From assembly GCF_006345805.1 (NCBI RefSeq), contig NC_043012.1, positions 42,842,001 through 42,906,000 on the forward strand: a stretch of DNA of 64,000 nucleotides. Reading direction: 5' to 3'. Positions 1 to 12,606 of the stretch are shown here, one piece after another. A program made the translations under genes and the position numbers. The notes below the pieces were generated by a model, which was not told the origin of the DNA, did not search any database, and saw only the letters and a list, made by a program, of their open reading frames with translations. This stretch comes from Octopus sinensis. Lineage: Eukaryota. Every line of letters starts with the position of its first letter. Positions within the stretch are counted from its first letter, which is position 1.

Positions 1-77
1 GTTCTAATATACTATCAAATCATTAGAATCTTGAAGCTACAGGTTACATTTAACTGAGTGATCTGAATGTTAAAGGG
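1..77. mobile_element. Right end of a piggyBac-type MITE
   Basis: atctgaatgttaaaggg|ttaa terminus. Confidence 0.5.
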
Positions 78-784
78 TTAATCTTGAATGTTTGTGTGGG
101 TTTTACATGAACCTTGTAGAATATTAACAACTGATCTGGATTGAAGCATTTGTCGGTCTTTAAAAGAAACATAGTGTAGCTCCTGTCAGAAATTCTGATA
201 ACTACCATTTCTAACAACTTTGTGTGTTCATGGCTTGAGAAGTTGGGTGCACTGGACAGTTTGCTTGATGTATACTGGTTGTGTCACCATAATGTAATAT
301 TACAAGCAAACTAAAGAGCATTCAAAGTATCAAATAGAGTAAATATATTATTGTTGAAGTTGTCTATTTCTGCATTACTTGGAAAACATTCATCAGACGG
401 TACATCTATTGAGGAATATCAACAATACTAACAGCTTTTTTGAGAATAGCATGCAGTACATCTGTAGAAACCATTCCAAAACAGATGTTGGAGTACAATG
501 CAGTCTTTGAATTGTTAAACTATCATGCCAGCATGGAACATGGATGTTAAATGATGATGATGGTGATTGTGGTGATGATGATGTTTATTATAATGTAACT
601 AGGACAACTTGTTACCACAATGACATTTACTTATTTTTATGTTAGCATTTAAATTATCTGTTGTTTTGATAAAAATATATACATTTATATGTGTGTATGT
701 CATCATCATCATCACACACACACAAATAAATATAGGTATATGGTACATGCATATGCAAATGTGTGTGTATATAGGACATGTGCA

Positions 785-1141
785 GGAGTGGCTGTGTGGT
801 AAGGTTATTTCCCAACCACATGGTTCCAGGTTTATTCCCACAGCAAGGCATCTCAGGCAAGTGTCTTCTGCTATAGCCTTGTGAGTGAATTTGGTAGACA
901 GGAACTGAAAGAAGCTGGCTGTGTATATGTGTGTGTGTGTCTGTGTTTGTCCCTCCACCATCACTTGATGCTGATATTAGTGTGTTTACATCCCCGTAAC
1001 TTTGTGGTTCGGCATAAGAGACTGATAGTATAAGTACTAGGCTTATAAAGAATATGTCCTGGGGTTGATTTGTTCGACTAAAAGCAGTGCTCCAGCAAGG
1101 CCACAGTCAAATGACTGAAACAAGTAGAAGAATAAAAGAAT
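785..1141 (+). mobile_element. tRNA-derived SINE (octopus-type)
   Basis: ggagtggctgtgtggtaag head, caagtgtcttctgctatagcc core, GT-rich middle, ggccacagtcaaatgactgaaacaagta...aaaagaat tail. Confidence 0.75.
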
Positions 1142-1924
1142 GCTATATATATATTACACATTTATACTCTCCAATTATGTCACACTCTTTTCACTCTAAT
1201 GCACTTCACCTATTCACCCACCTTTTCTGTTCTTTTTGTTTTCTTCCTCATATTCACCTTGTAGCTTGAGGGTATGTTCTCATCATCATCCCGCTCTCTT
1301 TCCAGCTGGGGAAACATGTATTCATCTCTCCAACAACATATCTGTGCCCATCCCTGTATCATATTTTCACCCACTTCACTATTATATCTCATTCAGTTGT
1401 GGAGTTTTGTCCTATGAGTCCTTGTGACCTGACTGGTGCTAGTGCCACAAAGAAAAGCACCTAATATACACAATATAAGGAATGGTGTTAGGAAGAACAT
1501 CCAGCTGTAGGAGCCCTGACAAAGCAAACATCGGAGCTCAGCACAGCTCTTTGGGTCATCACTTTTGGTTGAAACATCCAACCCATGCCAACATCGATAA
1601 AGGGAAGTTAAAGGATAATAATGATATATATCTTCAGTGTTTAAGGTCCTTTTTCTATGTTAGGCATGGGTTGGATGGTTTGACAGGAGTTGATAAGCTA
1701 TGCCAATCCTTAGAAACAATACCTAAGCAGAAACTAGAGCACAATGTAGTCTTCAAGCCCATTGGATTCTCTCAAACCATTCACCGTTTGCCAGTATTGA
1801 GGATGAATGTTACAGGAGGAAAATGAGGCAGAGGCATAGTGTGTGCGTGTGTGTGTGTGTGAGAGAGAGATATTTATATAACAGTATATACACTTGGAGC
1901 TACAGAAATTAAAATGATGATGTA

Positions 1925-3800
1925 CATGATTTCATCATTTGATGTCTGTTGTCTATGCTGGTATAGGTTGGACTGTTTGACTAGGGCTGGCAAGCTGGAA
2001 GGCTGCACCAGACTCCAGTCTGATTTGGCATGGTTTCTACAGCTGGATGCTTATATGTGCCACTGGCACCTACCACAACTGTGGTTTTGCGTCTTCTTCT
2101 CAAGCACAATATAATGCCAAACGCCTCAGCCATTGCCTCTGTGAGGGCAAATACTTGAGAGGAGCTCAGCCACTTTGCTTCTGTGAGGCCTAATGCTCAA
2201 AAGTGCTTTTTATGTGGCACTGGCACAGGTGTCAGTAACATATCAGCATCAACCACATCTACGATTTCACTTAGCTTCATAAATTCTCTCAACCAGAGCA
2301 CATTGCCAAAGGTCTTGGTCACCAGTCATTGCCTCTGTGAGACCCAAAGTTTGAAGATTATGCTTCACTACCTTGTCCCATGTCTTCCTAGATCTACCTC
2401 TACCAGAGGTTCCTTCCACAGTGAGAGATCAACACTTCTTTATGCAGCTGTCCTCTCTATATGTATCACATGACCATACCAATGCAGTTGTCTCTTGCAC
2501 ACCACATCTGATGCATCTTATTTCCAACTTTTCTCTCAAGATGCTTACACTCTGATGAATATGCACACTGACATTGCACATCCATCAAAGCAAACTGGCT
2601 TGATTTCTTTGAAACCTACACATGTCCTTGGCTTTCACAGCCCATGTTTCACTGACATGTAGCATAGCTGTTGGCACACAGGCATCAAACAATCTGCCTT
2701 CACTCTGAGAGAGAGGCCTTTTGTTGCCAGCAGAGGCAGGAGCTCTCTAAACTTTGCCCAGCCTAATCTTATTCTCACAGCTACATTCTCAGCCCATCCA
2801 CCTCCACTACTAACTTGGTCACCTAGATAATGGAAGCTATCTAATACTTCTAGCTTATCCACCTGGCAGTTGATGGAGTCTTTTCTGTGCATTTTCAGTT
2901 TTTATTGTACCTGTGCATCTTCCACAAACAAAAGCAATCTTCCTGGTTAACCTTTCTCTGATATTGCTGCACCTTTTATGTGTCCATAGCTTACACTGGG
3001 TGCATCTTATGGAGTTTCTACCTATGCCTTTTCTTCAGATCAAGCAGGGCCATCTACCTGAAGGGATTTGTGATTTGTCTGCCTTCCTACTTATGAAGAC
3101 TTTAGTTTTTGCAAGGTTAACTCTAAGGCCCTTCGATTCTAGACCTTGCTTCCATACCTGGAACTTCTCTAGTTCTGTTAGTGATTTAGCTATAAGAACA
3201 AGTTCATCAGCATAGAGGAGCTCCCAGGGGCAGCCTGTCTTAATTTCCTCTGTTATTGCCTGGAAGACTATGATGAACAAGAAGGGGCTGAGGACTGTTC
3301 CTTGGTGAACTCCTACTTGTATTCTAAATTCTTTGCTGTACTCGTTGCCAACTCTCACCTCACTGGTAGTGTCCCTGTACATGGCTTGTAGAGCTCTCAC
3401 CAACCACTCGTCAGTCCCTAGTTTCTGCATTGACCACCACATTACCCTTGGTTCGGATGGAACTTTGCACCAGCTGCAGATATGGTCTGTGGCCCTCAGC
3501 AATCTGTCCTGCAGGAATTTCCAGTTGCCCTCTATGTCACAAGTCTGGAGCTTCTCCACCCTCTCGTCAAAATTCGCAATTAGGATATCCCTAAATCTCT
3601 GAACATATGAAGGGTTAAGCTTCCAAATCCTTCTATTCCAGATTGGTTTGCTTCTTGGCATCCTTCTGGCCTGGAGTCTAAAGTTACTTTCTTCACCAGG
3701 GAGGGTCTTTGCATTTAAGAGCAACCATGCATTCTGCTGTCTGGTGAGAATGAAAACAATCTGGCTGGCACAGTAACCTGACTGGTAGGTTATCATGTGG
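1925..3800 (-). mobile_element. RTE-clade LINE, 5'-truncated and decayed
   Basis: VGVHQGTVLSPFLFIIV...WELLYADELVL and SFHYLGDQVSSGGG...RIRLGWAKFRELLPLL; a 3' UTR-like tail lies near 1925-2240. Confidence 0.85.
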
Positions 3801-5591
3801 CTGGCTGGCTTCTTGAGGTTGATTTATACAATATTTTTGTAGTCACAGATATGGAGAGGCACTTGCTGATGATTTTTGTCTTGGAGTACATCTTCTGCTA
3901 AGGGACATTATGTATTAAAAATACAATATGCTTGAAATGTCACCAGTGGCCTGTCAGCTGGTGTTTTGACATAATTTCACCTTCTCAGTAACAAAAACCC
4001 ATGGCCATTTGTAGCTACCTTGATACTTTTTCCCTCCGTATAGCTATCAGTAAACAAAACATTTGCTGATGTGTGCAAAAACTGGCCACGCTTATGTTAA
4101 ATCAGTATATTACCAGTAGAAATTAAAAGTAATGATGTATATTTATAGCACATTTTTGTATACACAAACTTGGAATGATACTGGGTGATTTTGGCTTACT
4201 GAACAACTTCTTAGATTGTGTGTTAGACATTGTATTAAAAAATGCCAAAATTGTTGTGGGGCCATTAAGCAAAAACATTATGTTCTGTTTGATTAATTTC
4301 TTTTATATTTCTAATTACCTTTCGTTTCTTTTCCTCTATGGCTTTGATGTGTGTGTGTGCACGTAAAAGCCACTGTAAAAATGAAAACAACAGTGAAAAA
4401 TTAAGTGGAAATCGGATACGTGTCTTTGTTCATGCTATGGTGTAATTATGCTAAACTGTTGTTCACTCAAACATCCCACATAGGTGACTTAGTGCCAGTT
4501 AAATTGACCAATATTCGAATATCATCTTTGCTTCAATTTTTTTTTTTTTAACTTATTCACTGTGTACAAAGTGATTTGTGATTATTAGCGTAGTGTTGTG
4601 TCATGAATGCATGCTTATAATATTTGTGTCTGTGTGTTCGTGTGTGCGACAGAAGTACAGAATAAGGTGCATGCGAATACAACAGAGCATAAGAGAAGTC
4701 TGAACAATTTGAGTTAAAATGGAGTTATTTTAGAGTTATTTTACCAGTTCATGTAGTACACGATAATGAGTTCTATAACAAGATTTGAGTCTCGGAGCGG
4801 AGATTAGTTGAGTCACTTGTGCATATTTTTCTCTTGATATAGATATTCTTTCAGATATATATATACTGCAACTGTTTTTCCGTGGTGAGATTTTCACACT
4901 AACAGCATGAGTTGAATCTATTTATCTTGTTGTGTACAAGTTGGAATCTTCATAGATGGAGACGATGCTGGTGATGACTGTCTGTCGCTGGTTTACAATA
5001 GCGTCTTCATAGTATGGTTGGCTTGGCTGTCGTCTGCCTTTCGAACTGGAACATGGTTGAGTAAGCTCTGTGTGGTCTCCGACCAAGACCTTAAAAGGTC
5101 TTAAGCCGAAAGACCTTGAATCATCAAATAATCAGCCTATTTATGGAGTTAAGATGGCCCAAATGAAAGGTCCTATCCGAAAGCCGTGATTGGTCAGTTT
5201 ACACACTGGTGCGAAATAAGTAGAGAGACAGACTGCGCTTAGATGCTAACCAATCAGATCAGTGGACACAACAAGGTTAAACTAGCCAAAGATGTTTGTA
5301 ATCTCAAGCGAGATCATTCCTAATGTTTTTCTCAAACAGTGAAGATAGCAATATTGCTACACCATCATCTTAACACTTTTGTACTGTATGCATTCAGTGT
5401 CCAGTCAACATTAGCAGTTGTTACACCAGGATATCAACAAAGACCTAAGTTTACTCTTCACTTTTCATTTACTTTCAAGTAGTTTTTTTGACATCTAGCT
5501 GAAAGCTTCCTTATTTTCAGTCTGTTTTTCAAGTTTGTATATAAATTGCAAAACGGTGGTAATAACAAAATATTATTTCAAATTTTTATAG

Positions 5592-5695
5592 GAAGATGAG
5601 AAAGTTCTTCAGTTAGTGAATGTATATGGTCCAAAACGTTGGACACATATTTCGAAACAGTTGAAGGGGAGAACAGGAAAGCAGTGTAGAGAAAG
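5592..5695 (+). CDS. MYB: Myb transcription factor exon, repeat R2 (EDEKVLQLVNVYGPKRWTHISKQLKGRTGKQCRE-R)
   Basis: Acceptor tttttatag at 5591, donor gttagt at 5696; 104 nt, phase 0 in and phase 2 out; translation matches the c-Myb/B-Myb R2 helix-turn-helix (GPKRW...LKGR.GKQCRER). Confidence 0.95.
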
Positions 5696-6764
5696 GTTAG
5701 TGTTTTTGTTCATTCTATTTTTGTGTAAGAGTTTTCTTAAAATCAAAGAAATGACATCCAATTTAATTTTGTTATTTTTGAAATGGTCTTTTAGTTTTCT
5801 TTTCAAAACTTTAGATGCTTGAATATTCTTATGATTTCTAAAAAAATTTTTTTTGCTTACTAAAACCTTTGTCTGCTATGTTAACCTTAAGGCCCAGAAG
5901 GATCTGCATGGGTTCTCACACCTAGTAAGGGAAAGCAGGAGAAAAAGAAAATGATTAAGTAGGACCTGCAAGAGATAGATGGTGGCAATGAGGTTCTCAG
6001 CTGGTCCTGCAAGGCATAAGTTAAGTAGAGTGGACAATAATCACAGTTTTGGGTGTTTGAAGTACATATATACACCATGTTAGGCACACGCGCACACATA
6101 CACTATAACTAAAAGTACATGTTTACATGAATAATCTTGCAAACCAAATACAAAACTGAAGTATTAGGAATACTTTACACTGATATATTGTTGTGTACTT
6201 TATTGCTTCTGGTGAATGATAATTGCCTTATCTATCAGATGGTAGTCCTCCCACATTCAGCCTCATTGTTCAGATTTTCATCCTTACATATGTGTGGATA
6301 TGTAGCCATGCATCCATTGCCATGGGAGTTTATAAAATACAAAACAGATCAAGAATGAAACGATAGTGAGGCATCTGTGTGTCACTGAATTTAGGTGACA
6401 AAAGCTCATACCACACTTTTGCCACTCGGTCACCATAGTAGGTTCTAGTGACAATTATTGCAAAATGACTGATTGTTGTGACTGTAAGTTTTATGTCGTT
6501 TTATGTCAGAGTATCTTTTGCCTAGAAGAGCTGCCTTCTCTACAGCCTAATCAGAAATGATGGCAGTCTCCACTACCCCTCACAAATCTGTTTAACCCAT
6601 AGATGGGACCCTGACAGGTACCACTCTTCGGGGTCAGAATGGACATGGAAGTAACGGCAATTAAGAAATGATTCCCCTCAGCTCCAGAACTTCTGAATTG
6701 GAACTCAACTCACCACTGCATGCAATTGAATATAAACTAGCTGCAGGTGTGGCTGTAGGCACAG

Positions 6765-7090
6765 GTATAATTGTTTGGTTAAGAAGCTTGCTTCCCAACT
6801 ATATGGTCTTGAGTTCAGTTCCACCATGCAGCACCTTGAGCAGGTGTCTTCTACTATAGCTTCAGGCTCACCAAAGCCTTGTGTGTTGATTTGATAGATG
6901 GAAAGAAGCTTGTTGTGTATATAAAGTACATGTACTTGTGTGTGTGTGTCTCCATCCACCAGAACTGCTTGACAACTAATGTTGCTTGTTTATATTGCAG
7001 CACAAGTTTTAAAAACATGCACTGAGATCGATTTGTTTGACTAAACCCTTTAACTTGTTGTCCCAACAATGACTGACAAGTAAAAGACAA
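6765..7090 (+). mobile_element. Decayed tRNA-derived SINE, same family as 785-1141
   Basis: tggttaagaagcttgcttcccaac...gagttcagttcc...caggtgtcttctactatagc. Confidence 0.65.
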
Positions 7091-7236
7091 AAGAGACACA
7101 TAGAAATAGACGCACATATATCACTTATTAAAGATTTTCTTTATACTAATGATTTAGTATCTCACAGTGAGACTGATTTACAGAAAATCATCAAAGCATT
7201 TGACACTGCTTGTGACATCTTTAGATTAGCAATTAA

Positions 7237-9616
7237 CCCTTTTACGACCAAACCATCTGAATTCAGCTGAGAATTTCAATGGCAAATGATGCCAACACAG
7301 CTGAAATAATCTAGTTACATTTAAATAAGGATTTCAGCACAAATCTCATGAGTACATTCATGAAAACACTTGATGTCGCTATGTTAAAATTGAGTTTGAG
7401 TATCCAACATTATTTGGCATGATATCTGACCTCTGAATTTTTGGAGAGAGGGACCCCCCCCATTTTTTGTCTATATTGTTATTTTTTTGTTTTGTTTAAA
7501 AAATTTTTTTATACTGATGGAAAATGGATAATAGTATGTTGTCAAGTAGTGAATCACATTTCAAAGGATTTTTGACTGAAGACATGGAAAAATCAATCAA
7601 AATACATAGTGTGTGAAAATGAATCAGATATTGTCCGAATAGCTTTCACTTTCAGAAACAGAAGTAACTCAGTGATGAAGAAAATGGATATGTACACAAT
7701 TGGAACAAAAGTTTTAAAACATTTTCTTATTGATTTTTTTTTTTGAAGTGACTGGACCTAGTCCCAGTCTTTCCCAGGAAATAAAACCATTAGACTATTT
7801 AAAAAAATTTTCCCCTCCTAGTTTGTGTGAAGCAGTTAGTGTGGAAAGCAGTTGTTTGAAGCTGTTAGTGGAAACTAATTGCTATGCAATAAAATACTGT
7901 TTATGGTCTTCCACATACTTAGATAAAATCAAGTAGGAATAAAGAAGCTACCCAGAATAACAAACTATTGGTGACCAATATGTTTCCAGTATCCATGCCA
8001 CAGACAAAATTTTAAAAATTACCACAGTACCTATATATTAACGACACTTGTAGTGCACCAGTATGTGGGGAACCAAACTTTGATCCCCTATTTAAAGTAA
8101 GATCCCTCATTGACTGTGTTCAAAATGGTTATAAAACTTTCTATAAACCTGGGAGACACCTGTCCATCAATCATGGTATAGTGGGATACAAAAGCAGAGT
8201 ATGTTTCTGACAGTATATTCCCAGAAAACCCACAAAATGGAGGAATCAAAATTCGAAAGATTTGTGAAGCCAACATCGGGTACTGCTGTCAGTTCAATTT
8301 CTATTACAGGGAAAAGGGAGAGTAATGTAAGCCAGGGTAGAATGTGGTCTGGAATTCATATATTACTTTTGACTAGTTTTTCGGTTTGGTCAAACTGGCA
8401 TTGGAGTTAGAAGCTATAGCAACATATACATGTGCTACAATAGTTGTATGTAGGAAAGGGGTGCTATTGGATATAAAAAAGCAAAATTTAAAAAAATGAG
8501 GTGAAGATATCCAACGGCTGAAAGAAAACTTGCATATAGAGATGATAAAAGGCAAATCAATTTTCTATCTACATGTGAACAGCTACATATGGATGAAAAT
8601 GGCACCTCATTGTGAACGTTGGGTGGTTTAGATTGGATGAATCAGATAAGGTATTGCCTGGTCTACCAACCAGGTAATGCATGGTGACAATACCTGGTTT
8701 GGTATATAGTAAATATGAGTATTGTTAATGCATTTATACTATATACCAAATCAGGAATTGCAGATGTAGCAACACAATTGAGAGCTGGGTTTTTTTTTTG
8801 CATAAAAAAATTACTGTTAGGAGAAAATCTAAAGCCTACCAAAGACATATCCCTCTGAATTCAGCCAATTTCCAATAAATGAGAGATAAATGATAGAAAG
8901 TTTCCGATAAATCAGCTGATAAATGAGAGAAAATCAGGAGTTACAAAAGGCAGTGCCATGAATGTCTTCATCAAAAATGGAAAGCTCCCAGTGGACGGCT
9001 GTTGAAATGAGCTTCTAATGTGCATTCTGCAAACTTGTGTTATGTAGAGTGGAGTGCTTTACAAGTGATAGAAACAGTGTTTGATTTATACACATATCAT
9101 TTAATTTTATAAATATCTTTTTTCAAATTTTTTATTTATCTCTAAGGTGAGTAACAAAGTTTGATCAGTTTGTATTGTGAATCATTATTATTTGTTTCTG
9201 TTTATTGATGTGTGTGTGTAAGTTTATTTCATTTAGTTACCTTTATTGCTACTCCTGTCTTGCGCATTTAAGTTCAACTGATAATTCAGTATCCAATTCT
9301 TCTATATTAAAATTTTGTTGTATAACCCAATTGAATATTAGCTAATAACTCATTTTCTATGATGACGTTTAAAGAAAATTGAAATCATTTTATATTTAGT
9401 TGAATTTATCTGTATGTACCTGTAATCAGAGTTGCTTTGAAGCAATTATATAAAAGATTTAAGAACCTTTTGTTAAATTGTGTTCTAAAATCCCATTAAT
9501 ACGTTGATCAATAAAAAAAGAGTTGTTTTATGAAACCAGTCTAAATTCCTGATTATATTAGAATTAAATTGAAACATAAGGGATGTATTTTGATTAGAAA
9601 TATAGTAATGAAAGGG
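7237..9616 (+). mobile_element. Decayed piggyBac DNA transposon
   Basis: TTAA|CCCTTTT...AAAGGG|TTAA; ETNCYA, GIKKLPRITNYW, LSINHGIVGYKSRVCF*QYIPRKPTKW, CEANIGYC (PGBD-type transposase motifs). Confidence 0.8.
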
Positions 9617-10367
9617 TTAATACTAAGAAAACTGTAGTAATGTATCAACTTGCACCAAGGTAGTCCCCTATTGTTCTTCATATGTATGTGAAACATAAAA
9701 GGTTTGCTGTTATTGATTCCTTTACACACCTTAATGGCATGGTTAACTCAAAAGGAACTTAACACTGGAATTGCATGTTCTATGCAAATTGCAGCTGAAT
9801 CTTTTGGTTCTCTTTGTCTTCATGTGGATACAAGACCTTATTAAAGTGAGCACAAAACTTTAGATTTTTTGTGCATTTGTACCATTTCCCCCTTTTTTAT
9901 CCAGTAGAAACACGGATTGTTTACAACCATAACATAAACACCCTTGAACATTTTTACCAAAAGTTCCTTCGTCCAATTCTCAGGATTAGCTGTAAATTGT
10001 TTACACTTTATACACAGATTTTAGAGAGAGTAGAAATTTCATCAATTAACACTATGCTGTTTCCAATCAGCTGTGGTGGACTGACCACATACACATACCA
10101 CATTGTTATTATAATAAAATTTAAAAATAAAAAAAAACCCACAAAAACCCTTGTGGGGTTTCCTGGCTGAAATATTAACTTATTCCACCAGTGCCTATTT
10201 TTATATATATATGGTTTGCTAGATTCTTGATATGGGTTTTTATATTGGAACAGTTATTTTTTTTTTTGTATCTTAGAAGAGTCATTATGCCAGTAACAAA
10301 CACTCTCTGGTTTCACTTTTATTATGATTAGTCAATTTATTATTTATAATAAAAGTGAAATATTATT

Positions 10368-11246
10368 GAGTAAAATCTATTTGCCAATGTAAATTGGCAG
10401 TCCTGATTAGGACTGTGTTACTACCATTTTTTTTTAGCCCCAGGAAAACATCTTTTCTAGCCACATCCTTATACCTCAAATAACGGAGCTAATGTTCCCA
10501 TTCAGCTTCAAGTGTTACCTGCAGACCATGGTTTCTAGGTTATTTCTCTTCATTGGCACAGGATAACCGTTGGCTTGAGATGGCAGCATTAGGCCTTATT
10601 TGAGGTATATACTTTTTAAGTGACACATAGTCACTGATCTCATAAAGAGGAAAGCCATTAGTTTTAAGAGTCAAATCTATTTGCCAACGTAGATTGGCAG
10701 TCCTGATTAGGAAGATGTTACTACCTTTTTTTAGCCCCAGAGATTTAAAACTAATGGTTTTTCTCTTTACGAGATCAGTGACTGTGTGTCACTTTAAAAG
10801 TATATACCTTGAACATAGCCTTGTGCTGTCAATTCTAGTCAACGGTGAAGGGAAATGACCTAGAAACCATGGTCAGCAGGTGCTGTTTAACCCTTTCATT
10901 ACCAACCCAGCTGAAACCGGCTCTGGCTCTGAGTACAAATGTTTTGTTTTCATAAAGTTTTGAATTAAAATCTTTCACCAAACCTTAGTTACAATTTATG
11001 TTCCTAACACTAGCTGAATAATAACTAAGTTATTTTACTAAATTATTTGTTATATATAAAGTAATTGAAAGAAACACAGGGCATCTCAAAATAAATACCG
11101 TAACGAAAGGGTTAAGGCTGAGTGGGGACATTAGTTCCCTTATTTGAGGTACAAGGACACAGTTGTGTTACTAGTAGCCAGCTGGAAAAGATGTAACTTT
11201 ATCCTAATCAGGACTGCTAATTTATGTTGGCAAATAGATTTTACTC
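10368..11246. mobile_element. Fold-back/MITE-like element hosting the 10891-11111 MITE
   Basis: gagtaaaatctatttgccaa...gcagtcctgattagga at 10368 is inverted at the 11246 end; further internal inverted blocks and a third direct copy near 10675-10715. Confidence 0.65.
10891..11111. mobile_element. piggyBac-type MITE (221 bp)
   Basis: TTAA target duplication; TIRs ccctttcattac / gtaacgaaaggg. Confidence 0.9.
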
Positions 11247-12155
11247 TGTAGTACTGCTATTACTTACTTCTCGCTCAGGGATTTAAAACTAATGATTTAC
11301 CTCTTTATGAAATATTATTATTTCACTGTTATTATTATTAGTCAATTTATTAGCAGTTTATCAATTAACTAACTGATTGTTTCATTAATCTTTCCACCAA
11401 TAAGTCAGCTAGGTTCATCAAAGTCTTTTTGTTGCCATTTGCATCTTCATGAATGACCTGACTTTTCCACTCCAGGCATGCTTCAGGTTTGAGATGTTCT
11501 CACTTCGCTATAAATATAGGACCTGTAAACTAGAAGAAAGAGACACATACTTAAGAGAAACCTGGAGTAGAGAGGGCATGGCATTAATGAGGTTGTGAAT
11601 GGGAATGAAGGGTTGCTAATGAACCTAGCAGAATGATAGACCAAATAATTTATTAAGCAATCGATAGTTAATTAGTTAAATGGTTACCTACTTGACTATT
11701 AATAATAAGTAAAATAGAACCAGTATTTGTATTTTAATGGCATAATGAACCCTCATCCCCAGACTCAACAAAAAGTATTTTCTTTGTTTTTTTAAGTATT
11801 GTGGGAGTGAAGAACCTTCAAATAGGTCTTTGGAATTTTCTGCCAAGTTTGGCAGTGTGCATGATTTTAGGAAACATGAATGAAAAGGAAATATTCATGT
11901 AGCTGAAATTGTATGGTAAAAAGTTCTTGATAACAATATATTAAATCAATAAAATAGTTTCCTTGCATAAGTTAACTCGGATCCAAAGCACAAAATTTTT
12001 GCTGTCATGACATAAGTTATAATGAAAACTTAATGGTTTAATATGTAAATAAACAAAATTTATGTACACAAAATTGAATTGAAATTCATAGTGTATTCTG
12101 TCTAGAAATATACTAACAAGGTGAGTTGAACTTCTGACAAAATATTTATTTCCAG

Positions 12156-12284
12156 GTGGCACAATCATTTGAATCCTGCTATCAAGAAAACTGCTTGGAC
12201 TGAAGAAGAAGACAGTATAATTTATCGGTTGCATAAAACTCATGGAAATCGTTGGGCTGAAATTGCTAAGAATTTACCTGGAAG
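12156..12284 (+). CDS. MYB: Myb exon, end of R2 and most of R3 (WHNHLNPAIKKTAWTEEEDSIIYRLHKTHGNRWAEIAKNLPG-R)
   Basis: Acceptor tttatttccag, donor gtaaat; 129 nt; phase 2/2 joins AG+G to Arg in frame with the previous exon; canonical R3 tryptophans present. Confidence 0.96.
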
Positions 12285-12380
12285 GTAAATTAATTCTTCA
12301 TATTTTTTACTCTCCACAGTGTTGGCTCCTGAAGAAACCTTTTCCTCCATTTAAGAATTACTCCTGTCACAATACTTTAT

Positions 12381-12606
12381 CCCTTTAGCATTCAGATTGT
12401 TCTGTCAAATGTAATGCTTATTTATTCACAGTTTTTAAAGAAATTTATCCTGTATCATCTTGTAGCTTTATGATTTTGATTAAGTGACTGCATATTTTTT
12501 TTAGACTAACATTGTAGGGTAGGTGTGAGAGGCTGGATCTGTCCACTTTGAATATAAAACAGGAAGAATATTTTGGTCAGATATGGTTGGTTTAAATGCT
12601 AAAAGG
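12381..12606. mobile_element. piggyBac-type MITE, decayed
   Basis: ccctttagcattcaga...tttaaatgctaaaagg|ttaa. Confidence 0.65.

Noticed and set aside
1-5591. Myb R1 / start-of-R2 exon (…KGPWT…)
   Set aside because: No such coding segment was recognised; ATGAAAGGTCCT at about 5163 continues IRK, not WT. It presumably lies upstream of the window.
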